Below, piece by piece: positions 51,102-64,000 of a DNA stretch of 64,000 nt. The DNA is from Octopus sinensis. Taxonomy: Eukaryota. The notes beneath the pieces were generated by a model. The model did not search any database and had not been told where the DNA came from. It saw nothing but the letters and a program-made list of their open reading frames with translations. The DNA lies in assembly GCF_006345805.1 (NCBI RefSeq), contig NC_043024.1, positions 4,588,001 to 4,652,000 on the forward strand. The letters run 5' to 3'. How positions within the stretch are numbered: position 1 is the stretch's first letter; every line of letters begins with the position of its first letter. Made by a program: the position numbers and the translations under genes.

Positions 51102-53675
51102 GAGTTAGTTCCCGTTGTTAATTGTAAAAACTCTTCCTCATTAAGTGTATTTCTTGTTCTTGTTCCTCACGCACCTTGATTGTTTGATCAGTTCCACTTG
51201 ACAACTGATATTTAAGAGAAAATCCAATCAAATATATACAAATGATTGGTAATTAACTGTCTAAAGAAACAGATACAGCATTTACGATTATGTGGACCTG
51301 AAAAATATTAATTAACGTTTGTTGTAGAAATCTAGAAATTCTCTTGAAGCTGTCGTTGTCCACTCTGACTCCAGTTCTCACATCTTCCTCCTTCACTCTT
51401 TCTCTCCATATCTATTACTATGTAAGTATTTATTTAAACATTTCTATTATATATGTGTCGTATTATGTACATTTATTTGTTTCGATGTGTTGAGAAAGTT
51501 AAAAGGAAAAAAAATCTCACGAAGACGAAATTATACGAAAGGCTGTAATTTTAATACTTTCATTGTGTTGTCGTTTTCTTTTAGACATTTCATTGCACTT
51601 TTGGTTATTTTCTAAATTATTTGTAAAAACGTCGGATCAATCCCTTGTTTAGATAACATTTATCTTTCTTTCTAACGTGTAAATTCGACGATTTCGTTAA
51701 AAGCGGGAAAATTACGATGGAATTAGTAAGAAATGGGGAATGTATAAAAATACGAGTGTGCACTTGAAATACTAAAACGAAAAGCAAATATCGTATCGAG
51801 AGGAAATGGCTTTTATTTGAGACATAGGAAGTCTTTATTTCTGGCGGTTCTTCTGCATCATTACAACTTACAATTAATATCTGGGGTTTGTTTTGTTTTT
51901 TCCGGAATTTTCAGAAAATTTTTGCAAATACATATTCTACACACGAGAATTCAACAAAAAAGCAAAAACTGTGTGCTTTAAGAGCTATTTGGCTGTTATT
52001 TTTCGCACATCTCACGACCACCTGATACCTCCCTAGTTTCTTTGTCACTCTGATGTGCTGACGTTTTTCAGTATTTTTCTCCATATAAAACCGGCGAGCT
52101 GGTAGAATCGTTAGCACGTGAGTTCAAATTCCGCCGAGGTCGACTTTGCCTTTCATCCTTTCGAGGTCGATAAATTTAGTACCAGTTGCGTACTGGGGTC
52201 TATCTAATCCACTGGGCCTCCCTCTCCCAAAATTTCTGGCCTTGTGCCTAGAGTAGAAAAGATATCCTTCTCCACATAAACACATTGTTGGGATTTAAGC
52301 AAAGTTCTACAGTGGCAATTTTTTAAAAAATGGGAAACAATTTTTTTCATAATGTAGGTCACAAATTTGGAGAATTTTCCGAAAATTCCACAGAAAAATG
52401 GGGAAAAAATATATAATGTTTAAAGCAGAATTGCACCCTTTTTTAAATGTTATTTTCAATTAATTATGCAAGTTATCCTTTTCTTTCTTCGTAATGCGTA
52501 TATATTTAATATGAATGTATTTTTCACTCATCCAGATAAACAATATTTCGTTTTGAAGCAACAAGGAAGAGAAACATTAATTATAATGTGTAAGAATTTA
52601 TAATTAAAAGAAAAAACAAGAATGGTTAAATTTTAAAACTATGTGCATAACAATGAAAAGAAATTATAGTTTTCCGTAAAAGAAGGATAGACTTCATTGA
52701 AGCCTCTTCCATTTGCCCCATGGAGAAGGATTGTCACCAATTTCATCAACCAACAATTTTTCTTAACATCAAAAATTCCCCACAAAAGATTTTGATGCTG
52801 CAAGTCAGACATCAATATTATTTACTGACTTTTATGCATCTTTTATGCTCAACAAAATGTTAACATTAAGCTAACCACATATATATATTTGTATATTTAT
52901 GCATATACAGAAAGAGGCAGAGGAGGAGTGATATCTATGTTATAAAACAAACCTGTGTTGATACAAAAGAACACTGAGGTGAAAACATCAGATATCTACT
53001 GTCATTGACATGTATATTGGTGTGTGTGTGTGTCTAGGACAGACGCAATGTCCAGGAGGTGTTATTACGATGGATGTGTCTGTGATATAAACCTCTTGAA
53101 AATAGAGAGATGGGATGAATATAATAGTTCAGATAAAGGATCAATTCTACAATTTATGAAAACAGAAATGTCGTAAATTTGCACTTTTGAATATCTGCCT
53201 TTTAAACATGCTTTATGTCTTATATTATTTTTTCTATTCTTTCAGAAAAATCACATGAAATTGGCTAAAAAGTATTTTTTACTTTTAAAGAATCATCAAT
53301 ATGTATCATGTTTGAAAGACTCTGCAAAGATATTCTACAAACGTATAATCCTGCTTCTATAAAACATTGCTGAATTACAGTAAAATATTTCTTCAGAGAG
53401 AGAAAGCATTTCTTTACTTCTGTGTCTGAAATGTGCAAAAGATAATCTTCTCTTTTAAATATACTTTGGTAGATTTCCAAAGAGTATTTGCAACATTTTT
53501 AAATATTAGCATTGATCACGTTCAGAAGAAATATAAGAGAAGTGATATTTGTTTGGAATAAACTATAAAAGCAAAAAGAAGCAAAATATCCATATATTTT
53601 GGTGAGAGAAGAAATATTTTTGAAAAGTTGTTGATCTGTACAACTTGAAGGTTCAGTTTTATTTTTCTTGAAGAG
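51102..53675 (+). promoter_or_regulatory. ZNF-C upstream module (putative promoter, intron and 5' leader); splice acceptor AG at 53244-53245
   Basis: Conserved among paralogs (39160-39915, 39950-42820, ~61952-63900); polypyrimidine TTTTTTCTATTCTTTCAG acceptor conserved at 42792 and 62383. Confidence 0.6.
52093..52263 (+). mobile_element. tRNA-derived SINE
   Basis: GGCGAGCTGGTAGAATCGTTAGC A-box region, GTTCAAATTCC B-box and TTTCATCCTTTCGAGGTCGATAAA body; relatives at 56548-56763 and ~7187-7225. Confidence 0.75.
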
Positions 53676-54881
53676 ATGTCGGAAGAATTAGGAAAATCAT
53701 CATATGACTGTGATATCTGCAAAGAGTCATTCTTAGAAGAAAGTAAATTCAATCAACACAAACAAATTCATACAGAGGAAGCACCATATCACTGTGATAT
53801 CTGTGGTAAATCATTCTTAAGTAGCAGTCACTTAACACGACACATACATATTCATACAGGAGAGAAACCATATCCCTGTGATATCTGTGGTAAATCACTC
53901 TCTGCTGGCAGTAGCCTAGCTACACACAAACGTATACATACAGGGGAGAAACCATATCAGTGTGATATCTGTGGTAAATCATTCTCTGTTGGCAGTAGCT
54001 TAACTAAACATAAACGTATTCATACAGGAGAAAAACCATATACCTGTAATATCTGTGGTAAATCATTCTCTCAAAGCAGTAGCTTAACTCAACACAAACG
54101 TGTTCATACAAGTGAGAAACCACACCACTGTGATATCTGTGGTAAATCATTCTATCAAAGGAGTGACTTAGCTAACCACAAACGTATTCATACAGGTGAG
54201 AAACCATATCACTGTGATATCTGTGGTAAATCATTCTCTCATGCTCATAGCTTAGATATTCACGAGCGTATTCATATAGGGGACAAACCATATCACTGTG
54301 ATATCTGCGGTAAATCATTCTCTGGTGGCAGTAACTTAACTGCACACAAACGTATTCATACAGGAGACAAGCCATATCCCTGTGATATCTGTGGTAAATC
54401 ATTCTCTAGAAAAAGCGACCTAACCACTCACAAACGTATTCATACAGGGGATAAACCATATCACTGTGATATCTGCGGTAAATCATTCTCTGATGGCAGT
54501 AGCTTAACTAAACATAAACGTATTCATACAGGAGACAAGCCATATCACTGTGATATCTGTGGTAAATCATTCTCTGGTGGCAGTACCCTAACCAACCACA
54601 AGCGTATTCATACAGGGGAGAAACCATACCACTGTGGTATTTGTGATAAATCATACTCTGATTGCAGTACCTTAATTAAACACAAACGTATTCATACAGG
54701 AGACAAACCATATTCCTGTGATATCTGTGGTAAATCATTCTCTGAAAGCGGTAGCTTAACCCCACACAAGCGTATTCATACAGGTGAGAAACCATACCAC
54801 TGTGACATCTGTGGTAAATCATTCTCACAGAAACATCACTCAATTAAACACAAGTGTATTCGTTATGAAGTTGATCCATAA
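53676..54881 (+). CDS. Tandem C2H2 zinc-finger protein (ZNF-C), 401 aa, 14 finger units (last one degenerate)
   Basis: Intact ORF; same N- and C-termini as ZNF-B. Confidence 0.92.
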   Translation: MSEELGKSSYDCDICKESFLEESKFNQHKQIHTEEAPYHCDICGKSFLSSSHLTRHIHIHTGEKPYPCDICGKSLSAGSSLATHKRIHTGEKPYQCDICGKSFSVGSSLTKHKRIHTGEKPYTCNICGKSFSQSSSLTQHKRVHTSEKPHHCDICGKSFYQRSDLANHKRIHTGEKPYHCDICGKSFSHAHSLDIHERIHIGDKPYHCDICGKSFSGGSNLTAHKRIHTGDKPYPCDICGKSFSRKSDLTTHKRIHTGDKPYHCDICGKSFSDGSSLTKHKRIHTGDKPYHCDICGKSFSGGSTLTNHKRIHTGEKPYHCGICDKSYSDCSTLIKHKRIHTGDKPYSCDICGKSFSESGSLTPHKRIHTGEKPYHCDICGKSFSQKHHSIKHKCIRYEVDP

Positions 54882-56547
54882 CAGTGATATTGGTTGTATG
54901 ACATTCCTTCAAAAGGACATGTTTGTATCTCATAAAACCCTCTACACAAGAAAGAAACTATATCAAAGTGATATCAATGGTAAGCCTTTCATTTGAAATG
55001 ATCCATTAACGAATCAAAAGAGCATTGACAGAGGAAGGAAAACATATCACTGTGATAGCAGTGCTTAATCATTCTATCAAAATGGAGAGTTCTACACAGT
55101 CATATTAATATGAAAGATAAAACCATACCCTAAGACATTTGTGCTAAGTCAATCTATGAAAATGATCAATTATTAAAACATAACTGCATTCATACAGAAG
55201 AGGAACCATATCACTACAATGATGATAATCATCATCATTTAAAATTCGCTTTTCCATGCTTCAATGGATCAGATGTAATTCATTGATGGAGCTTTTCCTG
55301 AGCTGGGTAGCCTTTCTTGTCACCAATCCTCACCTGTTTCCAAGCAAGGAAATATTTTCCCTGGTGAGACATAATTTACGCAGAGGACTGGAAATGAAGA
55401 ACTGCAGAAGTATGACGGTCATGATGGCCATTTACGGACATCACATAATGTCTGTATAAGGATACACTCACTTGTGCATACACACACGCACGTGTATATA
55501 TGTATATATGAAGAATTTCTTATAGGAGATATTTTACATGTTTTCTCTTAGTCTAAAAGTTTGTAATTCCTATTAGGTAATGAAACATATGTAATGCTGA
55601 ATAAATACTATCAAACTGTTTTCCAGTCTCCTTATGTGATATGTAATTACTCTGCAAAGAATATTATCCAAACCTCAGACAAAAATGATATTTATGTATA
55701 TATATAATAACCAGCTTGTTTGTACAGCTGTTATGCTTTCATTAGATTAGTGGAATAAATAAGGGGTGGGGATAGAATTGGAGAAAAGGGAGGGAGAAAT
55801 AGAGTAAGGTGATCTTATAATAATTCTGCTTCTCATTCTGTTACTTAGCTCATCAGTAACACTTTCATGTTATTAGAGAAAAGGGGGTAGAGAGAGAAAA
55901 GATGATAAGACAAAGAGTGAGGCAAATAGAGAAAGGAAGAAAAAGGAGAGACAAAAAGACTAAGAAAGAAGCAAGTATGACATGTGATAAGGGGGGAATG
56001 TAATAGTTATTTTATGGTTAAAAAAGCTAGCTGAAGGTTGTGATATAGAGAAGAGTTAAAAATATAATCTTAGCAGAGGGGTGATGTTCTGATGGTGAGA
56101 TTAAAGAAAGGCAGAGAGAGAGATGATGGTGGTGGTGTGTTGATAGTGAAATGGAATTTCTTTTTTTTTATAGAGACCATCACTCAACACTTGCACTTCT
56201 GTGCAATTATTTATCGTCTTCTCACTTAAGAGATTGATATTTGTTTCTAAGGATTAATTTAGCCTAAACTATGGATTCACAAGAGACACAGTTGCAAGCT
56301 GCCTGAGAAAAGATGCACAGATCTAGAGCATGGAACACTAAGAAAATATAATAAAAAGAGGAAAAAGATGGCACCGATGGTGTTGTGAGGAATTGGATGT
56401 AGACAGATGCCAAGTATATTCAAAGAAAGCTAAAACTATGAATGCTATAAAAATGCAAATCATCCTCTCTTTCTTAAATAGGTCCTCTTAATTTTTTTCA
56501 TTCTGTAGAATTTACATGGGTCCCACTAGTAATTAATAATAAACTAA

Positions 56548-56763
56548 GGTGGCGAACTGGCAGGGTCGTTAGCACATTGGGGAAAATGCTTAGCTGTGGT
56601 TCTTCTGACATGACATTTGCATTTAAATTCTGCCAAGGTGGACTTTGTCTTTCGTCCTTTTGGGGGTTGGTGGAAGTAATCAACGGTTGAGCACTGGAAT
56701 CGACATATTCAACTTAACGCACACACACGTGGAATTGCTGGCCTTGTGCCAAAATTTGAAAAC
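56548..56763 (+). mobile_element. Diverged SINE of the same family as 52093-52263
   Basis: Collinear similarity from head to GGCCTTGTGCC tail. Confidence 0.65.
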
Positions 56764-58419
56764 AGTATGAACTTTAATGTCGACTTCTTGCTCTTGCCTG
56801 TGATAATGCCAGAAGCACGTCGGCTTGCTTCAGTAGGTTCTGTTGAACCTTGGTGTGTGGCCAACTGAGAAATTCTATCAAAGCCTTTCTCCAGGCCAAC
56901 AAGTGCCAAGTATAATGGTTTATTCACAACTAAATACTTGTATTGCAGTTGTAAGTAGGCAGACCTACACACACACACACACATATATTACATTAAAAAT
57001 GAACTTCAATCTTGCTTCAAATGTTACATAGCCAAAATGGCACATAATGGGGAAAATACTAAGAATTAAGACTTTCCTGAGATGTGAATACAAACGGAAT
57101 AAAACAAGTTTCGCATGAATTGGACAATTGGTTCTTGAGATATTAGGAGTTTTGGTGGGTATAAATACCCAGAACAGTGCATATTGGGAAAATACACCAA
57201 AAATAACTTAACACTAAAAAGGAAGAATTTTTAGCCTTTCGGTTAGACACATTATGACTAACTGCCAACAAAAAAAGTTGTTTTTACAGGAAATGTTTCT
57301 ATTTTTGCTTTTTTGTACTTATATTTTAGCTTTCTTTAAACAGACAATTTTATTTATTTTTTTATTATTTTCAATTGAATACCATTACGAAAATTGTTTT
57401 GGCATATTTAAAAAATATTTTAAAGTGAAGATGGCTTTAGAAATACCGTAAATATTTCGTAAAAGACCTGTTCATAACCTCACTGTGAAATAAATTCTTT
57501 CCATAGGTTTTTTTCAAGTGCATTCAATGTATCTCATTTCCAAAGACTTGGTTGCTATTTCTAGCATGCCCTGTTACCATACAACAGCTATTTACGATAA
57601 AGGACTCAAAATTGCTGTTACGTGGTAGTAGGGCATGCAAGAAATAGTGGCCGAATCTTTCTTTTTCTAAGGAAAGGAGCCGTTTACGTATAATTTCAAT
57701 GTCATATATTGAAAGCATGTAAAATAACCCAGAAAAAAAACCAAAACAAAACTCTGTTGGTGGGAAACTCCAAGGTCCCCCACCACCCCTCCCCCTTTCT
57801 TTTCTGGAAGAATGTGGCGGGTCTTGGGTTTGGACTGAGCATCGTTGAATGCACTAAAAAAAACGTGTGGAAAAATTATTTCACACCAAAGTACAAACGG
57901 GTCCTTTATGAAAAAGAAAGGACGGGTCATTCGAAGCTTTCTGTCCCCTGTAAAGAACCAGGTCGTCCTCGCAATTTCGGCTGATTAATCTTGAGATTGC
58001 TCCAATCTGGCCAGCCCCAAGGAAAAAGTAAGCTAAGAGCATCAGATTCCTTGGAAGAAAGCATGGAATGTATACGAAAATAAGGACGGAAAAACAGACA
58101 ATGTTACACAAATATAAATACAAAAATACAATAAAAATATTAATAATAATAACAGGACATAACAACAGGTGTCTTTCGACTGGGGACGAATTGAATTCAG
58201 CTGGTGTGTGTGGAAATGAAGCCTTACGGCAGAGATACAGAACTTTCATCAACACACGGAAGAATATCGATGTTGCACTGACCGTGGTCAGACGCAAAAA
58301 GAGGGTTAGCTGTCTGGGCTATCGGTTACGTGGGAACAGAAGAGAGAGAAAAAGAGGAACAAAAGAATTAAGGAGGGGAGAGAGAAGAGAGAGAGTTGTA
58401 GGTTTGTTCGACTACAAGT

Positions 58420-58466
58420 GGTGCTCCAGCATGGCCGCAGTCGAATGACTGAAACAAAAGTAAAAG
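58420..58466 (+). mobile_element. SINE 3' tail
   Basis: GGTGCTCCAGCATGGCCGCAGTCGAATGACTGAAACAAAAGTAAAAG. Confidence 0.6.
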
Positions 58467-58615
58467 TACCCTATGAATTACCGTGTGAAGAATACAGATT
58501 CACAAATATCTGACAACACGTGTTGCCATGCTCAAAATGATAGCTTCCAAACCCTGTTTTGTGAATGAGTAAACATAATCGAATTTTAAGCCATTGTAAC
58601 TTAAAAACAACTTTT

Positions 58616-59024
58616 GGATCTTTTCGGTTTGAACGGCAGTTTTTTCTAGCAGTGTCATATGAAATTGTCACCCATAATTATGACCCTAGTATCGATCTAT
58701 TGCATTCCAATCTGTTTTAGGGTTGGGGTTAGGGGAAAGGGTATCTTTTTTCTTCACAAATGTAAATAAACCCAATCTGTTTCTTAAACGAGGGACATAT
58801 TCATACGGCACAGAATGTTTTCACCTCAATAGACGTCATTGATTGGTTGAAATTGCAGAAATTGAAGGAAAAAAACATAAATATCTTACAAACTATAGAA
58901 TTTTCTCAATAAAGCCAAGAGAAAAAGATGTTTTATAAACACATTCTACCAGTATATGAAGTTTAAAAGTGTTTAGTTACCTAGAAATTATTTTAAAAAA
59001 CTGCCATTCAAACCGAAAAGATCC
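58616..59024. mobile_element. MITE, 409 bp, ~29-bp TIRs
   Basis: GGATCTTTTCGGTTTGAACGGCAGTTTTT / AAAAACTGCCATTCAAACCGAAAAGATCC; a related copy at ~40610-42020 is split by the piggyBac. Confidence 0.8.
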
Positions 59025-59214
59025 CAACTTTCTGTGGAAGAAGCAAATTAACTGATGAAATTCTGCATGGAAAATTATATGAATCCCTCAAATATTAAAA
59101 TTATCAGATCGTTTTGGGTTGAATGGCTGTTTTTTAACATAATTTCTAGGTAAATAAAAAATTTTAAACTTCGTATACTGGTAGAATGTGTTTATAAAAC
59201 ATCATTTTCTCTTT

Positions 59215-59476
59215 CTACATGGATCCACGTTACTCACCAACACTTCTACTTCCACCCCACTCACTATCACCTTTCTCTCCCCAAGGTTTACCTTCAAACC
59301 CTTGCTTTCAAATGCCTCCTTCCATTTCCAAAACTTCTCTCTCATCAAAACAAGGTCATCTGCATACAGTATCTCCATTTACAGTCTCTTTCTTGCACTC
59401 TCCTTCTCCACATCAACCACTATTGCAAACAACAATGGTAACAACACAGATCCCTGATGCACACCAACTTTCACCA
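59215..59476 (-). mobile_element. RTE-type LINE RT fragment
   Basis: Minus translation VKVGVHQGSVLLPLLFAIVVD...ILYADDLVL...ESKGLKVN. Confidence 0.75.
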
Positions 59477-59506
59477 TAAACAAGCTGGTTAATATATATA
59501 TATATA

Positions 59507-59998
59507 CTGTAAATCCTCGAGTATAGTCCACACTTGAGTATAACACCTAAACCTAAACCTTGTGTATAATACACATCCCTTCTCTAACTTGAATCGTGCG
59601 TAATTAAGCCAGCAGCACCTAGTCAAACAAACACTTCCACGCATGCGTAATACAATAATGGTGATGTTTTTAACTGTTATATGGGAATGTAAATATGTTT
59701 GCAAATTGTTTTTGTTACATGTTATTCTGTGTTCTGAATACTTTTATTTTAATAAATGTTGCTTATTGCAAGTTATGGATGATTATTTTATGACTTCATT
59801 GCTTTCGGGCTTAGCGTAAGGCATTTTCGCGCCTGACAGCACAAAATGCGTCTGAACACACATTGCCTGACAGCAAAATAGATCCTCGGACATTGCTTAG
59901 AAGATATTTTTCATTTTTAACCTTGTATATAGTACGCACTAGGGATTTTGACCGTTAATTTTAGGAAAAAAATGCGGATTATACTCGAGGATTTACGG
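59507..59998. mobile_element. Tc1/pogo(Tigger)-like MITE with TA target duplication
   Basis: TIRs CTGTAAATCCTCGAGTATAGTCC / GGATTATACTCGAGGATTTACGG flanked by TA; interrupts the ZNF 3' module that is uninterrupted in paralogs. Confidence 0.8.
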
Positions 59999-60832
59999 TA
60001 TACATATATATTATTTTTGTGGGCGGTTTGGATGATATTTTTTGCAGAGTAATTACATAACACATAAGGACAGTGGAGAAAAGTTTGGTATTATTTATTC
60101 AGCATTACATGTGTTTCATTTCCTAATAGGAATTACAAACTATTAGATGTGTAGAGAACATGTAAGATATTTCCTATAAGAAAATCTTCAGACATACATA
60201 AGTGTGTGTGTGTGTGTGTACCCTTGTCCAGATATTATGTGGTGTTCATAAATGGCCATCATGACCGTCATACTTCTGTAGTTGTTCATTTCCAGTCTTC
60301 TGTGTAAAATATGTCTCACCAGGGAAAATATTTCCTTGCTTGGAAACAGGGAAGGTATCAATGAATTCAATCTGATCCATAGAAGAATGTAAAAGTGAAT
60401 GTTAAATGATGAGGATCATCATCATCGTAGTGATATGGTTCCCCTTCTGTTTGAATTCATTTATGTTATAATTGATCATTATCAGATATCTTAGGGTATG
60501 GCATATTCTTCATATTAACAGGACTGTGTACAAACAATTCACCATTTTGAAAGAATGATTCAGGTTTAACATCACAGTGATATGTTTTCCTTCCTCTGTC
60601 AATGCTCTTTTGATTTAACAATGGATGATTTCATGTCAAAGATTTACTATAGATGTCACATTCATATAGTTTCTATATTCTGTGGATGTCTTTATGACAT
60701 ATGTCCTTTGTCCTTCTGAAGAAATGTTATACAACAAATATCAATGTGTTATGGACCCACTTCATAAGGAAAGACTTGTTTAAATCAGAAATGATTTTGT
60801 GTAAATGATTTTCCACAGATATCACTATGAAT

Positions 60833-61951
60833 TTATTTTTCTTGAGTGTGAATGCATTTGTGTTGAGTTAAGCCACTGTTCTGAGAGAAAGATTTACTAC
60901 AAATATCACAGTGATATGGTTTCTCACCTGTATGAATACGTTTATGTTTAGTTAAGCTACTGCTTTCTGAGAATGATTTACCACAGATATCACAGGTATA
61001 TGGTTTCTCGCCTGTATGAATACGCTTGTGATTAGTTAAGCTGCTGCTTTCTGAGAATGATTTACCACAGATATCACAGCGATATGGTTTCTCTTCGGTA
61101 TGAATACGTTTGTGTTTCGTTAAGTTACTGCCATTAGAGAATGATTTACCACAGATATCACAGTGGTATGGTTTCTCCCCTGTATGAATACGCGTGTGTT
61201 TGGTTAAGCTACTGCGAACAGAGAATGATTCACCACAGATATCACAGCGATATGGTTTCTTGCCTGTATGAACATGTTTGTGTTGAGTTAAGCTGCTGCT
61301 TTCAGAGAATGATCTTCCACAGACATCACAGGTATATTGTTCCTCCCCTGTATGAATACGCTTGTGTCGAGTTAAGCGACCGCCAACAGAGAATGATTCA
61401 CCACAGATATCACAATGATATGGTTTCTCCCCTGTATGAATACATTTGTGTTTCGTTAAGTTACTGCCATTAGAGAATGATTTACCACAGATATCACAGG
61501 TATATGGTTTCTCACCTGTATGAATGCGCTTGTGTTTAGTTAAGCTACTGCGAAGAGAGAATGATTTACCACAGATATCACAGTGATATGGTTTCTCCCC
61601 TGTATGAATACATTTGTGTTTCGTTAAGTTACTGCCATTAGAGAATGATTCACCACAGGTATCACAATGATATGGTTTCTCCCCTGTATGAATACGTTTG
61701 TGTTTAGCTAAGCTGCTGCCAACAGAAAATGATCTTCCACAGATATCACAGGTATATGGTTTCTCACCTGTATGAACACGTTTGTGAGTAGTTAAGCTAC
61801 TGCGAACAGAGAATGATTTACCACAGATATCACATTTGTATGGTTGTTCCCCTGTATGAATTTGTTTGTGTTGATTGAATTTACTTTCTTCTAAGAATGA
61901 CTCTTTGCAGATGTCACAGTCATATGATGATTTTCTTAATTCTTCCGACAT
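60833..61951 (-). CDS. Tandem C2H2 zinc-finger protein (ZNF-D), 372 aa, 13 fingers
   Basis: Intact ORF, same leader and first finger as ZNF-B/C. Confidence 0.92.
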   Translation of the reverse strand: MSEELRKSSYDCDICKESFLEESKFNQHKQIHTGEQPYKCDICGKSFSVRSSLTTHKRVHTGEKPYTCDICGRSFSVGSSLAKHKRIHTGEKPYHCDTCGESFSNGSNLTKHKCIHTGEKPYHCDICGKSFSLRSSLTKHKRIHTGEKPYTCDICGKSFSNGSNLTKHKCIHTGEKPYHCDICGESFSVGGRLTRHKRIHTGEEQYTCDVCGRSFSESSSLTQHKHVHTGKKPYRCDICGESFSVRSSLTKHTRIHTGEKPYHCDICGKSFSNGSNLTKHKRIHTEEKPYRCDICGKSFSESSSLTNHKRIHTGEKPYTCDICGKSFSESSSLTKHKRIHTGEKPYHCDICSKSFSQNSGLTQHKCIHTQEK

Positions 61952-63024
61952 CTCTTCAAGAAAAATATAATGAACCCTTCAAGTTGTACAGATCAACAAC
62001 TTTTCAAAAATATTTCTCCTCTCACCAAAATATATGGATATTTTGCTTCTTTTTTCTTTTATAGTTTATTCCAAATAAATATCACTTCTCTTATATTTCT
62101 TCTAAATGTGATCAATGCCAATATTTAAAAATGTCACAAATACTCTTTGTAAATCCATCAAAGTATATTTAAAAGAGAAAATTATCTCTTGCACATTTCA
62201 GACACAGAAGTAAAGAAATGCTTTCTCTCTCTCAGAAGAAATATTTTACTGTAATTCAGCAATGTTTTATAGAAGAAGGATTATACGTTTGTAGAATATC
62301 TTTGCAGTGTCTTTCAAACATGATACATATTGATGATTCTTTAAAAGCAAAAAATACTTTTTATCCAATTTCATGTGATTTTCTGAAAGAATAGAAAAAA
62401 TAATAAAGACATTAAGTATGTTTAAAAGGCAGATATTCAAAAGTGCAAATTTACGACATTTCTGTTTTCATAAATTGTAGAAGTAATTCTTTATCTGAAC
62501 TATTAAATTTATCCCATCTCTCTGTTTTGAAGAAGTTTATATCAGGGTGTAGACACATGTAGTATAATAACATCTATTGGACATTAAGTCTATCATAGAC
62601 ACACACCAATATACATGTCAATAACACTAGATATCTGATGCTTTCATCTCAGTCATGTGTCGTAAAGGAGATATCACACCTCCTCTGCCTCTTTCCGTAC
62701 ATTTATAAATATATAAATACACACATACAAGCAGCTTAATGTCAATATTCTGTGTTACATGAAACATGAATAAAAGTCAGGAAATAATCAGTATGGATGA
62801 CTAACAGCATCAAAATCTTTTGTGGGGAATTTTTCATGTAGGAAAATTTATTGGTTGAGGTGGAGAAGGAAATTGGTGACAACCCTTCTCAATGGGGGCA
62901 AATGATGTAGTTTTAACATTAAATTATGCTCGTTATTTTTAAATTCTTACACCTTACAATAAATGTTTCTTTTCCTTTTTACTTCGCAACGAAATATTGT
63001 TTATTGTGGTGAGTGAAAAACACA

Positions 63025-63075
63025 GAGACGCGTAATCACGGAGGTGTGAGTTCGAGTCTCATAGCCGGCCGCCAA
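63025..63075 (+). other. 3' half of a tRNA-like sequence (likely truncated SINE head)
   Basis: T-arm-like GTGAG-TTCGAGT-CTCAT; no D-arm or A box visible. Confidence 0.35.
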
Positions 63076-64000
63076 CACTTTTCTGCAAAATAGGGGTAGC
63101 TTATCCTGTTCAGGCTATATTATTAGCAATATCCTGCCTTTGAGAATTTAAAATCACTTCTTAAACTTCCTAAGACATCTCAAAGCTTCTAAAGCAAACT
63201 TCGTTTGTTTGTTTCCGTTCATCGTAATTTGAATTTAAATATATATGTATTACGAAGAGAGAAAAGGATAACTTAGGTAATTAATTGAAAATAACATAAA
63301 AACACAGAGTGCAATTCATATATAATGCCTTAAATCCCAACAACGGACCATTGAATGTGTTTATGTGAATAAAGATATTGAAAAACATTAGCACGTAAGA
63401 GTGAGAAAGAAACTCGGAAGGTATCAGGTGGTCGTGGGGTGCGCGATAAATAACAGCTAAACTGCTCTTCAATCGGTTTTTTCCCTTCTTTGTTGGTTTC
63501 ATAACCGTTTGAATCCTTGCATGTACAGCAGAAATACGCAGAAATTTTCTGAAAATTTCCCCAAAATAAAAATATGTGATAAGCGGTTATATTGGGTGCT
63601 TAAAGAAAGATTCCTTTGAAAAATAGATATTAATTGTAAGTTGTAATGATGGAGAAGAACCTTCGGAAATAAAGACTTCCTAGGTTTTAAATAAAATCCG
63701 TTCCATTTCTTGTATATACAAAATTTACTTTTCGTTTCAGTATTTCAAGTGCACACTCGTATTTTTATACATTCCGTATGTCTTAGAAATTACATCGTAA
63801 TTTTCCCGCGGAATTTACGTGTGAGGAAGAAAGAGAAAAGTTATCTACACAAGGTATCCATCTGACGTTAACAAATAATATAGGAAATAAGGAAAGATGC
63901 AATGAAATATCTGAATGTAAAGGAGAACACAACGAAAGTATTGAAAGAACAGCCTCACCGAAGTTGAAAAAGTGGGTTTCCATCGCAAAAAAATTAGGGA

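Noticed and set aside
57709-58448. Short ORFs (91-138 aa) as host genes or transposase
   Set aside because: No recognisable motif; overlapping ORFs on both strands in low-complexity DNA
59050-59085. CTGATGA...GAAA as a hammerhead (lone CTGATGA also at ~14258 and ~26583)
   Set aside because: No pairing for stems I-III

Overview
Eukaryotic, AT- and microsatellite-rich DNA. It is most likely octopus or another cephalopod; this is inferred from the clustered tandem C2H2 zinc-finger genes with single-exon finger arrays, long (TA)n/(CATA)n tracts and characteristic SINE tails. The window holds four tandem C2H2-ZNF paralogs: 1-1173 partial and frameshifted, 28667-29872, 53676-54881 and 60833-61951. 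They share upstream and downstream modules and sit among transposon debris (mariner, Penelope-like elements, CR1, RTE, Helitron, piggyBac, MITEs, a foldback element, SINEs). Three things stand out. (1) Tx1/L1-clade LINE copies and an ORF1-only relative are stacked head-to-tail, and every intact boundary carries the identical 12-mer GAGTTAGTTCCC. That motif also begins the ZNF upstream module, suggesting sequence-specific insertion at ZNF promoters. (2) A hammerhead-ribozyme hotspot at 9.8-24.5 kb includes two ORF-less tandem arrays (472-bp and 483-bp units, three ribozymes each) resembling retrozymes or Penelope pLTR multimers. (3) An apparent 12.5-kb inversion (about 30279-42820) separates one ZNF gene from its splice acceptor and places it behind a LINE 5'UTR plus ORF1. 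No database searches or folding programs were run; all assignments come from reading motifs and comparing segments by eye.
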